From: Antedon mediterranea
Taxonomy: Eukaryota; Animalia; Echinodermata
Assembly: GCF_964355755.1 (NCBI RefSeq)
Contig: NC_092677.1
Coordinates: 25,779,175 to 25,843,174, forward strand
Direction: 5' to 3'
DNA: 64,000 bases
In this document: piece by piece, positions 47,305-62,300 of the stretch
Numbering within the stretch: the first letter of the stretch is position 1
Layout of the letters: every line of letters begins with the position of its first letter
The notes under the pieces: model-generated
The model's database searches: none
Seen by the model: only the letters and a program-made list of their open reading frames with translations
What the model was told of the DNA's origin: nothing
Translations under genes and position numbers: made by a program

Positions 47305-50300
47305 TTTAGATCGAAAATTCTTCCCCATTAATATTCAAATTACATTCAGAAAACAAGACATTTTAGATAACAATCCTATTGTCTCACTGAGTCTTATAGT
47401 ATTGTACTATACTATATGAAATTTTTAACTATCAACTAAATTAATAACTCGCTGATGCTTGTTTGCTTCGTGGAATATATTAATATTTATTAAATTATAA
47501 TATTTCTATATGAGTTGATCGCAACACTAATGTCTAATAGCATGTTGAATTATGTAAGCTAAATGCTTGGCTACCAAACTGTACATATTTCTTAAGCTTT
47601 AGCCTGACTGCAAATTCTGCATGGGAGCTACAGTAATTTCTTTCAGTTTTTTAAGTGCCCTCATTTAATAGGCCTCATGACGGAATAGTGCTCTCTATAA
47701 GCACTTCTTTCTGGCTGTTTTACTTTACCATTTCGATTCTTTTTGCTTATTTTATTTGGAGATGTTAATTGCCTTTGGATTTCATTACATGTATTTGTAT
47801 AGTACGATAATACATTTATTACTATGAACTAATATTTATATGTTATATTTTTCAATATTTGATATATTATGAATTAAAAACTAAATATCCAGCCACTGAC
47901 ACTCACGGCCTTACCATTTTTTTAAAAAAGTTATTTGCCTTTGGATTTTAATACTCTTATTATAATAATAATAGATTGTTATTATTATACTGTACTATTA
48001 CTATAAAACATCGTGTATGTTATAGTCTAAAAATACTACAAATTTTATAGTTAGCATTGTAATGTAGTTATAGTAAATTTTGATTGTAGAACGCACCTTC
48101 ATATCGAAGTGTGCCACTGTTACAATAGTGTATGTTCAAATAAATTATTATTATTATTATTATATATTATGAATTAATACATATTGCCTGGTTTTAGTAC
48201 TCCTTATTAGGTTATTCAACCTACAAGATAGCCTATGGTACAATTTGACTTCCTATTCAGCGGCTTGCACACTTCCCGCATGTCCGCCCACAATGACTTA
48301 GACGTTGTAACCTTTAACCAGGGCTTCTTTACCCTAAGGCTGTTAAATCTATCACTTCACCTTTACGGAGATCTTAAAGTGAGTCATTATCTATTTATAG
48401 CCGAGGATCAATAACAGGCAAAATGCTGTATATGGTTTTATCAACTACAAATTGTGCATTTTGTATGTTTTAATATAAGCCGATAAAATAATTTATTTAA
48501 TAATATACTACTATATTTTAAAATATGAATAAAAAGAACCAATTTAAAGATTAAATTTAGTAAATCAACACAGCACTGTTTTCTAAAATCCAAATTATTT
48601 AAACATTAGACGTACAAAAAAAAAAACAATCACATCATCACAGATATAAAAAGCCTATTTAAAATAATTTCATTTTTCAGGTTACTAGCTCAATGGGCTA
48701 TTGATACATAAACACCACCACCAATTACAAATGTTTAATAATCTTTATAATACCACACATTCACACAGCAGATATTAAGCTCTGTTTACACTATCAAACT
48801 ATGTGACAAAAAAATGTGATGTGCCCATATATGGACATGATGATGTCATATCAATACCATCTTTGGGCATATCATCACCATAATTGGGCACATCACACTA
48901 TCAAACTTTGTGACATATTACTACCATATTTGTGCACATCACACTTTTTTTGTCAAACTAGTTTGATAGTGTGGACAGAGCTTTAGAGAACAGAACATTT
49001 GTTTAAGCAATAGCAATATACCACCAATAAGCAATGCAGTTTGCAACCACAGAATACAAAGATTAATGAAGATGAAAAGGCAAAGAAAACAGAAATCATA
49101 AATATTCATTAAGGCATTGAAAATGAATATTCATTTATGCATTGATAATGAATATTCATTAAAGGCATAAATGTCATTAAGACATACATAATGAATATGC
49201 AAAAGACATACATAATGAATATACATGATCTAATGAATATACATTAAGGCATTGATAACAAATATTCATTAAAGACACAAATGTCATTAAGACATACATA
49301 ATGAATATGTATAATGGATACATAATGAATATGTATAAGGGATACATAATGAATATGCATGAAGGCATACAGTACATCCAATGAATATGCATTAAGGTAT
49401 AAGGCCTACCTAATGAATATTTATTAATATGCAAAACATTGTGATTTCTATATAAACAGAGATGAATTTTGTTATATTTAACTTTCAATGTAACACATAC
49501 ACAATACATTGCTTATGATAGGGAAATAACAACTACACAGACAAGAGAATGACACAACATCAAACAATCAAATACTAACACTAACAGTGATATAAACACA
49601 GTCAGACATGCAGCTAGTAAAATGATTACAAGTTGTATCGTCTCTGAGGAAAGTTTCAAAATGTCATCAAAATATTTTATAAATTGAGCAAAAATTAAAC
49701 AAACCGGACACCAACACCTCACGTTTTGTACGGTGTGCGCCCTGATGTGCGTATAAACTCCAGAGTTTTGCTTCGCAATGTGAAAGGGGTGTTTGTTACT
49801 CAGAGAGCGACACTACTATGACGAGTATATATAAAGCATTGGTGAATCTGATAGATGAATGCGGTGGTTATATTTTATACCTTTACATTCACACTAGCCT
49901 TTTCTTGGTCTCTCTGCAACATATTTCTCCTCTGATAAAAGAAGATGCAATGAGGAGCAGGAGGAGGAGGTAAAAGAAAGAGTAACATTAACAAACTCAT
50001 TTCAATAATTAATATCTATAATATTTCATATCTTTAAATAACTATTATCATAATATGTGCCATGCGTTTATCTGCCAGAGGGGGTTGTGACAATTGTTCT
50101 AACAGCTGAGCAGACTATTTTTGTATACTGTAGTACATTTTCAGGCAATAACTGCATTCATTCATTAATAGCGGAATAATACAATAGATTCCACTAGTTT
50201 GATGCATTGTGGGTTAAATCTTCATGAACAGAGAAGTTGTAGCTTTTTTCTACGTACAAGATTTTCTTTGATTTTCAATATTTTAGTCTTCATATATGTT

Positions 50301-53300
50301 AAAAAAATGTCATTTATTTACCATTTTTAAATAGGATAGCCTGTACAATTTCTTTTTTTTTATTACAAAAGAATTGATATTAAGGGGTCGTTAAAATGTA
50401 TGGTTCAAAGTTCAATTTAAAATTGAAGCCCACAATGCATTATTCAAAATGGTGGATTAATGAATGTCTATTGTACCGGGTACTGTAGTGTGGTACTACC
50501 AGATGTCATCTGTGGCACTACACCAGGTGAGGCGTTACCAGGTGGTACGTTACCAGGTGTGACATTACACCAGGTAGGACGTTACACCAGGTGGGGCATT
50601 ACCGGGTAGGGCGTTACCAGGTGTGTCACCAGGTGTATCAAGATTACCTTCAATACTTTGTTGTCTTTTGAGTCGTCTTCATCTTCTGGCATTTCTGGGA
50701 ATTCATAGATTTTTATCTTATTTTCTTCAATTTCTTTCATAATCTGTAAAGATAAAATAACAATGAACATTTAAACTTAAATTTTGTTATATTATATTTG
50801 GTAGAAAGTATCTACCTAATAATATTTTCGATAAAATATTTTACATAACGAATGAGAGATTGTTCTTCCTAGACATGTCCTCAAACATCATCATTATGTA
50901 AAAAAAATAAATATTTTAATATTTTAAGCTAAACTTTTTGAATGTTCCTGTATTGTATTTCTTGTGTAAATTGCCTCCTTTTTTATATATTATTATCATT
51001 GGTTTTATACTTTTATACAAATTTTAATATTGAACAAATGTAAATATCTTTGTAATTCAGCTAAGGCTGCGATAATGATATTGAAATAAATGAAATGAAA
51101 AAATGTGAAGTGCCCAAATATTGGAGTGATGCTTAAATATGTTGATGATATGACATCATCATGTCCATATATGGGCATATCACATTTTTTGTCACATAAA
51201 GTTTGATAGAGCTTAAAAGCATCATCAATAACTGATCAAAACATTCTTTCCTCTTGAATAGCATTGAGATGTGTAGTATTATCACTAGTGTGTCAACACA
51301 AACAGCCCCTGTTTATTGACATTTGAAAGTGCTAAACATGTTCTCTCTAGCTTACCTGCCAACCTAAGCCTAGACTTATCATTAGCATACCAACAAGCAT
51401 TCGGTATTCATTGACAGACATAGGACAGCTTAAAGCAGTCTTCCTGTACAAAGCTAGGCCATCATTCAATGACAGTGTTGCATACCAACACACCTGCTGT
51501 GACGTTTACTACAAATCACCATAGTGAATTATCATCACAATCTTGGATACGACAGTTCACTAGTGTTGGACGTTGTTTAACATTGTTCGGTATTCCAACA
51601 ACATATTTTATACATTGCTTTCGTTTTTCATGGCAAGGAACAACTTTGGCGGCCTATATCTTACTCTTAAAGGGCCTTTCACACTTGTTCTGGCACGGTT
51701 TCAGTCTGACAAATCAATTAGAACATCAATGTTACGATTCACAATGCTCCACGCAGCTATGTACCAAACGATATGCGTGTAGCTAACTAGAAAACGAGAC
51801 ATTGACGTTCGATTTGCCGGCGCCGTACTGGAAAAGTTGTGAAAGACCCTTTCTGAAAATTGGACATCCTTAGTTTTTTACCATATAAAAACAAAGAATT
51901 TATGGACAACAAGACATATATTCGGACAAGCACAAGGGTGTCCAGTATTTTGAGAGTTGACTGTATACATGTTACAAAATATTAAATAAAAACAAAGCTG
52001 GCTTGAAATAAACTGTTTAATTTTATATTTACTGCACAAAGTAAGCAAAAAAAAGTGGTAAAAAAAGTGGAATTGGAACAGCTATAGTCAGTAGAGCAGT
52101 AGCCTTCAACTATGAAGTTTTCTCCTAAATGAAAGAAGAACTTTTGCCTGTTTGTGGATGACCGGGTCAACTCTGTCCACCAAAAGCACAGTACAATCAT
52201 TTCATCAGAACAGTAGTATTAGCAAGATACTCGCCAAAACTAAAACAGCATCAATTTACCTGTTTCTTGAAATCCCTACATTCTTCAGCAGTCAACGTGT
52301 CAGCTTTAGCTATCAGCGGAATGATATTTACTTTATCATGTAATCGTTTCATAAACTCAACGTCCAATGCCTTCAACCTATAAAATGATAAAGGACAAGT
52401 TATGTTACTTCTGGTCAGGGCTGCGGTCTGACGTCACGGTAAGGTGTAATGTCCCTTTGTTCCTATGCAAATCAGATTTGCTTTTCTAAGGTATAGGCAG
52501 ATTTATCAACCGCTCTGTACTCTAAAACAACCCTAAAAAAAACCTCCCACCCCCAATGACTACTTCTAAAGAATAGATGAAATTTAGCCTCAGTTTTTTT
52601 TATGTTGTTTTAACAGGCACTTCACCTCTAACCAATGTCAACTTACCCATAATCCGTGTACCCCTTCTAATATTAATAACAGGGGTGGAAGGTCAACTTA
52701 CCCATGGCCTGATGGCGCAATAAAGTACAGACAAGAATGTACCCGCTTGTCTGGAATGCTTTTTCTACTAACTTGTGACTCGGCATTCAAATATTCTTCA
52801 AATTTATTATCAATGTGATCAATAATTGGTTGCCAGCTGAAAATACATCATAAATAATTCATTACAGAAATCATGAATATTCATATCATCACTATGAATA
52901 AATAATAAAACATTTGCATTATTAATCAATAAATCATAAATATTAAAATTATCTTTATAAATAAATCATAGAACATTTGCATAATTTATCAATATTTATG
53001 TAACTATAAATTATAATTATTCATATTTCTTCAATTCTGATTAGGTATATCAATTATGAATATGCATTATGTGGTAGGGTGGCCAGTTCCTTTCCACGCC
53101 ACCTCTTCCCTAGCATTTTTCACCCAGGTACTCATTTAAACTGGACTGGGAGATGCCCTTTATGGAAATTAAAGCCAGGTCTTTCTGTATGATGGTCAAG
53201 TGTGCTGACCCCTTGACCGCAATGTTTAATAAGTGACCGTACCAATTACTATTGTCCACTTGGTCACCAAAACCTGGGGTGTCTACAATTGTTAGTCGTA

Positions 53301-56300
53301 GTTGTACTCCGTTTTCTTTGAGAATAACATTTGATGTCTCAACCTACAAAAACAAATAAAATAATATATTGCAAATATTAATTACACAAAACATTGAATA
53401 TAATATAATACAGTAATTCTAATTGAAATGTATTTAAATCTTGAAATTACTACTAAATACTATAAAAATTAATATCAATATGCACTGATTATATTTGCAT
53501 AATAATCTTTAAAAAAAAATCGAGTGTGAAGTCGCGATTAACATTTTTTATCGATATTAGATAATCATGAAGATGTATAAAATAAAGATAATTAGAATAA
53601 TTGAAATCTTCTTTATGAAATATTGAAGATATAAACATTGCTAAATAAATTCAAAACAACATTCTCCTAGTGGGATGAGAGTTCTGTAAAACCTTACTAC
53701 AATCAAAATTGCGTCGCACTTAAATAAAGAAGCTGATATTGAAAGAAAATTCACATTATTTATGCTTACTCAGAGCATGGAGTAATAATTAGATTTATTC
53801 CATGCTCCAAGTAATTAACTAATTAGTATTCACATCTCGTTAAGTATTCATAATGTACTATTCAATATTTTTAGCACTTATGTTGAGAACCGTTCCATTG
53901 ATCTACTAAGAAAGAGGCCAATGCACTCTGTAAATCAATTTTCTTAAAACTGCTTTCATCAATATTTTGGAATCTCTGTATGTAAAATGTCTTCAAAACA
54001 ATTATTCACTCCACAAAAGATTTTAAGGCCAATTTATACAGACGAGCGGTAACGGTAAGCGGAAAACCATTTAGCTTGTCTTACACAGAATCTGTATCTA
54101 CAGTATCCTGAGCGGAAACCACCCATCCACTCCGTATTGTGTGTATAAATGGTCATAAGGAATAACATACAGTAAATTCTATATTTTTATTACCGTTACC
54201 GCTAGTCTGTGTGAATTGGCCTTTATGCTTCAAATGTACTCAACTCTAATGTAAAATTTAAGAACAGAAAAGAGAACACGTTGAGGTTGAAAGCAGTTAT
54301 AATCAATTACAGGAGGAAAAAAACTGGTTGCAATGTTACACAGTTTATTAAATGTATAAATATAACATGTAGTGCAGAGTAACAGTACTGTAAATCATTC
54401 TTTGGCATTTATCAAGGTTAGCTTATCCTATTCATGTTGATAATTCTACTTTATGTAATTCACAATGACATCTTAGTATCAAATGATGAATTAATGTTCC
54501 CTTGATGTGATTAGGTTCTGAACAGTTGAGTAGGTTTATGTAGATCAAATTGTGTGAATAATACTAGAGTACTTTTAGGCCATTAACCTTTCTATAACAA
54601 AGAATTTTCTAAGCTCAGTTCTCTATCATTTCTTGGTTCCCAAAAGGACGCAACGCATGGAATAGAGTGTAATTACCAAAATCAAAACTCGACGGATTAT
54701 TCATAATCGACTCATGTTTGGTCAAATTACTTGGATTTACGTCCTTCTGTTTTGTCCCAGTGGGAACCAAGCTTTAATAATAACAAATTATTTTGGTAAT
54801 TTCTCTTTTATTTTCACTGAAATGTACCTCATTGTTTTGGAAATTTATTAGCAATTTGGCAAAAACAGAAAGACAATTTTAAAATGCAGCAGCTAGGCCT
54901 GAATGATGGTCGTACGTTACCAGCTAAGCCTACAAAACTAAGACTAGCTAGGCAGGCCTAAGACTGCACGAGAGGACATTCGATGCGAGCTATTTAGGTG
55001 GTGCATTGTTTCTCTCTTATAATTTACCACAAAAAGTACATTTAAGACAAGGCATGACCTGGTTTAATGTTCTCAAAGTAATACACTCTATGCATTATTT
55101 TTACAATGGGTCTTTAAATATACAGCATATTTATATGTTTTACATATTATACACAGTAATACTGTAGATACAATACAATACATATTTAATAATAATAATA
55201 AAAAGATCCTAGATAAAAATATCTAGATGTTAGCACTGTAGGCATTGTTATGAATAAGAACGTACTTCCAGTGTCAGCTACTTAACTCGTACGACCTACG
55301 CCATCTGTCTACTTAATTCAGATTTTCTTTAAGCCAATACAATCAAAGAATACTTGGTAACTGTATTACCATAATTAAGATGTTAGCGCAAAAGAATTGT
55401 ATCATCATATTCTCTTTTTAGAAATCTGTAAATATGTAATAATACAATTTGATCTTTCTGGTCTTTAGTAAAGTGATCACAAATTTGTTTTGATTAAAGA
55501 AATAAAGTTGATATATTAAATTACAAAACTTTATTGTTAGAGTTTTCATGGGCGTGGCATATAGATTAAAACCTCAACATACTTTTATCAAGATAAAGTT
55601 TAACAAATGAAAAATGGCCCAGATAACTATTGAAATATAAACAATATTATAATCCTATTTCTTTGTAAATTATAAATAAAAGAAAATGATTAAATAATAT
55701 TATATCTGCATTTATCAATAAATGTGATTTTCACTGAAAACTTGAATATTTGAGAAGGTCCCTGAAAATGAACTTACTAGTATGAGTACATTTTAGTTAG
55801 GTCTTTTGCCTATCCCATCCATCCTGTAGATTAACCTTAAGCTATGTCTACACTATCAAACTAGTTTGACCAAAAAAGTGATGTGCCCAAATATAGTGGT
55901 GATATGCACAAATATGGCAGTGATATGACATCATCATGTCCATATATGGACACATCACATTTTTTTGTCATATAAAGTTTGATAGTGTGGACAGAGCTTT
56001 ACAGTATATACTTCTATTAGAAGATTCAGAGTGTATTAAAATTAATAAGATTATTATTCATTATCATTCAATTTATTTTGTTGCAATATTCAGAGACCAT
56101 GGCGTGTCCTGGTGTACGGTAACAAAATGAATCTTATGATATTTATAAGTTGGTTCCTCAAAAAGATAGAAGTGAAAGTGAATTAGAAGAAAAAATATCA
56201 AAAATATTTCAGACATACAAATGTACATGAAAAAAGCAATACTATAGAAGTATTGTACAATCTAGTAGTACTGTATAGAAATGTACAGTGCAATCTAAAG

Positions 56301-59300
56301 CTCTGTCCACACTATCAAACTTTATGTGACAAAAAAAATGTGATGTGCCCATATATGGACATGATGATGTCATATCACTACCATATTTGGACATATCACT
56401 ACCATAGTTGGGCACATCACAATTTTGTTGTCAAACTAGTTTGATAGTGTACACAGAGAGTTATACAACAGTTCCTGTTTTGGCCACTCCCCTAGTCATT
56501 GTTGTATGTGAAATCTCTATCATATTTTTATGGTTATTAATAATGAATAATAACCTTGATTTGGCTCCAATTCTACTTGAATTTTCAATTTCTCTTCATA
56601 AAATAACAAACAATTGGATGCAATAATTTAAATATGATAAATGCGACCTTCACAAAGAAATGTAAATATATTATTATTATTTTAGTCTCATTTTACAAGG
56701 TCTTGTTCTGTCTACAATATCAAATTAGTTTATCCCCAAAAAAAGTGCCCAAATATGGTAGTGATATTCTCAAATATGGTAGTGATATGACATCATCATA
56801 TCCATATACTGTATAGGCACTTCACATTTGTGTGAAGTTTGATAGTGTACACAGAGCTTTGATACATAAAAAAAACCTGTTTCGGTTACAAATCTTACAA
56901 AAAACTTTTACAGAATTTAAAAAACAGACAACTAATACTGGTGATGTCCAAACTGAGCCACCTTTTAATTTCTTGAGCCATTTACCTATTTTAGAAAAGC
57001 AATTTTTTTTTGTTTAAACCAATTTTTTTGCAATGGCCAAATGACACATTCAATAATAACTTCTCCTACGTCACAGTCAAAATCAATGAAATGAAATCAG
57101 GTCACGGAGAGTTCATCATAAATTCTCTAATTAGATGGACAAATAAACCGCTAGAAAATTTTGATCGTTAATACATTTTGGTACTAATCATTATCTGTTA
57201 ATATCCTCCGGATTATTCCAAATATTAAATTGAATAGTTTAGCTAACTACTCACAGACCAATTAGCTTAATTCCCAATTGGTGGATATCTAGTAATACGA
57301 TGCAGCAAGTCTAAACAGATCTGTTTAGGCTGTTAGGATGTTTGGACAAACTAGTTTAACCCCTGTTAAGTCTAAACAGATCTGTTAAAGTGTTAGGATA
57401 ATTGTACAAACTAGTTTAACCCTTGTTACGACTAAACAGATCTGTTTAGGGTGTTTGGACAAACTAGTTCAACCCCTGTTAGACTAAACAGATCTGTTTA
57501 GGCTGTTAGGGTATTTGGACAAACTAGTTTAACCCCTGTTCAGACTAAACAGATCTGTTAAAATGTTTGGACAAACTAGTTTAAACCCTTACCTGTTAAG
57601 ACTAAACAGATCTGTTTAGTCTGTTAGGGTATTTGAACAAACTAGTTAAACCCCTGTTACGACTAAACAGTTTTTGGACAAACTACTATAGTTTAGCCCC
57701 TCTTCATACTACCAAACCAAATTGTTTGAGGTCTAGCATTAGGCACATCTTATAATGTTGACCCTGGATGACCAGTTGACCGTATTAGCCTAAGTTGCAG
57801 ATGTCAATCTTTCATTTTGCAGACATACATTAGAATTTTCAATAGCCTTGAACTATTAAGTCACCCATTAAATCAATAATTATTAATTTATTAATGCAAC
57901 ATTTTATAATTTCATTAAATTATGGATTCAATATGTCAAGTGTTCAGTATTTTGAGGCCACTGTGTTTTTATGTAATCGATAAATTTAAACTTAAATTAT
58001 TTAGCCATATAATTTTGAGTAAAACTTATTAATTTTCATAATTTTATAATGTTTGATAATAATGGTAGCCTTATATACCGCCTTATACAATGTTTCTAAG
58101 CGCTTTACACACAAAAATGATCTATAAAATATCCTAAGATAAAAAGGTTATAAACCAAAATGATATGACATCAAAGCATGGCATTTATATGAAATGCCAA
58201 AGTCATTATCCATAGTAATTGTTACGCATGGATGAACAAATGATCACAAACTATTCTAAATAAACATATTTCTTACTATTTTTAGAAAATAAATAGTTGA
58301 GATTTTCAGCACCATTGACAATACTGAGTACAGAAATGACAATTTAACTCAAAATGTATCACTTTATACTGGAACATTTGCTATTTAAATATTTATACAA
58401 CTGTTGACACTGTTACCTACAACAGTATAAATGAATACATTTCAAGGCGAGGTTTTATTAGCTTAATTGGTTACAAGGTTGTCCATCCACATAGCTTTGC
58501 ATAATGTTGTACTGTACCACCATGGACGCATGGATTCAAATGCAATGGAAAATTATGGCTTGATCTATATGCCTAATTCTCTAGTACCTTTATGGTGTAC
58601 TGTGTACTACTAGCATTAAACTTTTGTTGCTTTCAACAGAATCTTGTCTAATAGAACTAAGCTTCATGTGCACAATATGGGCTAGCAATTTAACAAGCCC
58701 AGTCACTGATGGTCTAATTGATACAAATGCAATTCTCCCTTTGTATTGCCAGGGTATTACATTTGAGTGGTTAATACTAAAATTAAATCGTGGTTCCAAA
58801 CATAGATGCAGTCAGCGAGCCGTCTTTAGACAACTCGACAGGAAGCTTAAGAAGGTCCCTCCCTGTAAGCTTCACATTTTGCAACTCTATCTGTTTGACC
58901 TTGTTGTAACAAGCCTAAACAAAATAGGCTGGCAGCAGTTTATACATTAAAGCCTATTACATTACTTGTCGAGTTTTTTTTATGTACTAAATGGCATTTC
59001 TTCCACTGCCAGCCGCCAGCCTACAATAATTGTTTGTGGAGAGTGAATATAATTGGTCAATTAGCGTGTGAACAGTTCTTGTTTCTAGCAGAAACCAAAA
59101 CAAAACCATCAAGTTGATTGACTTAAAATAAAACTAGTTACTAGTAGTTTACTTGCTATGCTATGTGTGTCAAAGCACAGAATACAAAAAATAAGTCGTA
59201 TTAGCGTAATAATTTATTAGAAAACAAGAAAACAATTCTCTGTCTCTGTCACCAGATGTAACTGATTGATAAAAAAACATTTTCAATCTAATAGATCATA

Positions 59301-62300
59301 CCAAAACTTGTTTCAGCAGAAACACACCTTTATTTTATGCACCAAATAATTTGATTACTTTTTTTTATCATCAAATCTCTTATTTCATTCAATATAAATA
59401 GAAACGCATCTAAAAAGGCACTGTTACACCAAAAAGTACAAGTAACCCACTAACTGATTAGCCTACAGCAATGAAAGGTGAGATAATAAAATTGAAAAAA
59501 AAAAGACAATTTCTATTTTATATAAAGATGACCTAGATCACTTCACAATTAAATGATTATATTTGTATATTTAAAGTAGGTATCCCAATGAAGCGGATTT
59601 TCGTTACCGCGATTTTAACACGTTCGTGAAATTTCAAAAAGTGACGTGTCTTTGAAGTTAAAAATATACTATTTCTTATATACACATGTGAAAAAAAATT
59701 ATATGTCTGGAAAGATCTTGTTTAAGGGATTATTTTCATATATTTTTAATCTATGTTTATTAAATATTTTAATAGAAAACGCGAGTTAAAAATGAGGTAC
59801 AAAAGCCGGCGAGCCGAAATCCGCGCGCTAAAAATAACTTTGGAAAACACCTACCCATTTTCAAAACACGATCGCACGAGGTCCATAATAGGTGGTGGAG
59901 TAATTTTTGTTGCATGTTATCAGGCTTTAAATACTCTTTATTTTGATATGTAAATCGGTTATTATTATTATGTACATCCGCCTCAAATGTCAATTTTAAC
60001 GATAAAAATTGAATTTTTTAGTCTTTCTCATTATCAAAATTTGGCTAATTTAGTATTGAATTGAAGCTAATTTATATTTCTGTTTGATAAACCACATCGT
60101 TTTATTTGACTTTGCGTGGACCTCGTGCGAAGAGGCCAACAAGACCAACCACTGAAAAAAATAATCCCTACCAAAAATATCAGTGTTTACCATTTTCCTT
60201 ACGGGGGGGATTCAGTTCTCCGCTTATTACTAAATTACCGTCGCCCAGACAATGTGCATGGTATGCATGTATTAGCGCGTTAATTAATGATTGGATAACC
60301 CCTGCAGTGGACTGTTCCATTTTCTGAACTAGTCTTCGCCGCACACGAGGCATGTCAAAAAATGTCGCCTCTCATGGAATATTTGCTTCGAAACGTCAAT
60401 TTTACCGATTTATTAAATTATTTAATAAGTGGAATATTTATAAATCTACTATATAAAGCAAGTACGTTAGGAAGAAATGTACCGAAGAAATTTAAGAAGC
60501 TTTGATTTTGCTATGCAGCGGCCGTAAGCCATTCTATGTAGGCGGCCGAAACGCGCTTTGGCCTGTGTTGCCGTTGTATGTCTACGCTGTTTCTAGGCCT
60601 AAATTTTATTCCGTATATTTCAATTCAAAGTGCAACTTTCGGTTAGAATAATCGAAAGGGAAATAAAATTAAACATGTTACAATTATACCATTGAGGTAA
60701 TTACTTTGTTAAATAAAAAATTTCTTCCCGATATTTCTTAGTCTTAGGCAGAATTTAGCGCCAGGCTTTTATTTAGACCTTAGTCTTAGGGGCCTATATA
60801 ACTTAACTTGTAGTAGGCGCGGCCGAGTCTACGTTCGGCCCGGCGCTCCAAATGGAATCGAACACATAATAAGCACGGGCTTAATTCTTATTTTTGGCGG
60901 TTCGAAAATCAATTAAAATAATATATGATTATAAATATAACTTTAAATACTAGAATTAAAAAAAAAATGTATACTTACGAAAAATAATATTTAATGAAAA
61001 GAAACAATACCCACACAGTTTTTTAACGCATTATTTTTTTTTTTCACATTTTAACATTTTTTAACAATATTTTATGTTGTATTTCAGAATTACCTACCTG
61101 TCAATATAAATAACCTTACTAAAATACATATTACATTTTATGCAATGCAAAAAAAAAGAAGTTAATTCACACATTGGTTCAAAAGTTATGAATCATTTAA
61201 AGACAGGAACTTTTTGGGCATTTTTGAGACATTGGGAAAATCACGCGTAAAAAGCCCTCGGACGAATTTTGGAGGGCGATATCTAAAAAAAAAAATGTCG
61301 AGGACACCCAAAAAAAAAAATTCTTGTACAACTCTGTTGTATCTATGGGTTTGGAAAAAATAAGAACTTTAAAATTATTAGTATAAAAGTTATAACCCTT
61401 CAAAAATGGGTTCAAATATAATTAGAAAAAGTGCCGTTTTTCAAGCAAAAATCACTGTTTTTTGGGCACTTTAATGGACCATAACTTTTGAATGGATAAT
61501 CCGATTTCAATCATTTAAATTGCAAAAGTTTATGTTCAGTAAGTTCCTTCTGATTAACTGAAAGAAAAAGTACCATCATTAATTTGAATTTTTACATTGG
61601 GATACCTATTTAAAGGGGACAATGACATCCGAGATCCTTCCGATAATCACAAAACTGTATTTGAACAAAACAAGCACGTTTCTTTTTTTTTTGTAATATT
61701 GATAGAACTGTCAATGTTATCAGGAATCCAATCTATAATTTTAGCTTCCATTCATTTTTGGTTAAAAAAGTTTTCTTGATAAAAAAAGATTTTTACAAAA
61801 TTCTAGGACACTTGGTTTCGCAATTTAGATATAGATTTGTGAAATAATATAGATAGAGAGAAGATTCGTTACAAAATATGTAAATAATTTCAAAAAAACT
61901 TGCAAAATATTATTTATTATCAAACAATACTTAGCTGCCATGTTTCTTGTTAATATATTTACCTTTGAATAGAAATATTGAAAATGTATTAATATGATTT
62001 ATACTAAAATTGAAATGTACGGCTTTACGTCTTGTTATTATTGTTATTTTCATTTCTGTGTCTTATTTATATGTTTTGTTTGCTTTTGTCTGTTTTGTTT
62101 TGGCGTCCCTGACACAAGCTTTGCTTTTTTGGTGACGCCACCATTTTGGAAATAAATGTTGATTTTGATTTTTTATTTTGATATTATTCTGGTTAGTTAA
62201 CAACAATCTTGGGACTTTAATTATTTTTGTTTAAAAAAGCATTTATTGAAAACAGTTCTTGGTTCAATTTGGATAACTGTATACGAAATACTGTAGACAG

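Noticed and set aside
48361-48390. Possible 12- or 30-nt in-frame septin microexon (ISVK / [10 protein letters not shown]) ending AAG|gtgaag
   Set aside because: It has no proper polypyrimidine tract and a weak donor, so it is compatible with chance; RNA-seq would be needed.
57310-57700. Palindromic repeats resembling a CRISPR array
   Set aside because: The linkers are homologous to one another rather than unique spacers.
58590-58950. Overlapping ORFs in the large septin intron as a nested gene or alternative first exon
   Set aside because: No recognisable protein similarity, and the frame that would splice in phase to 53343 has an upstream stop and no ATG.
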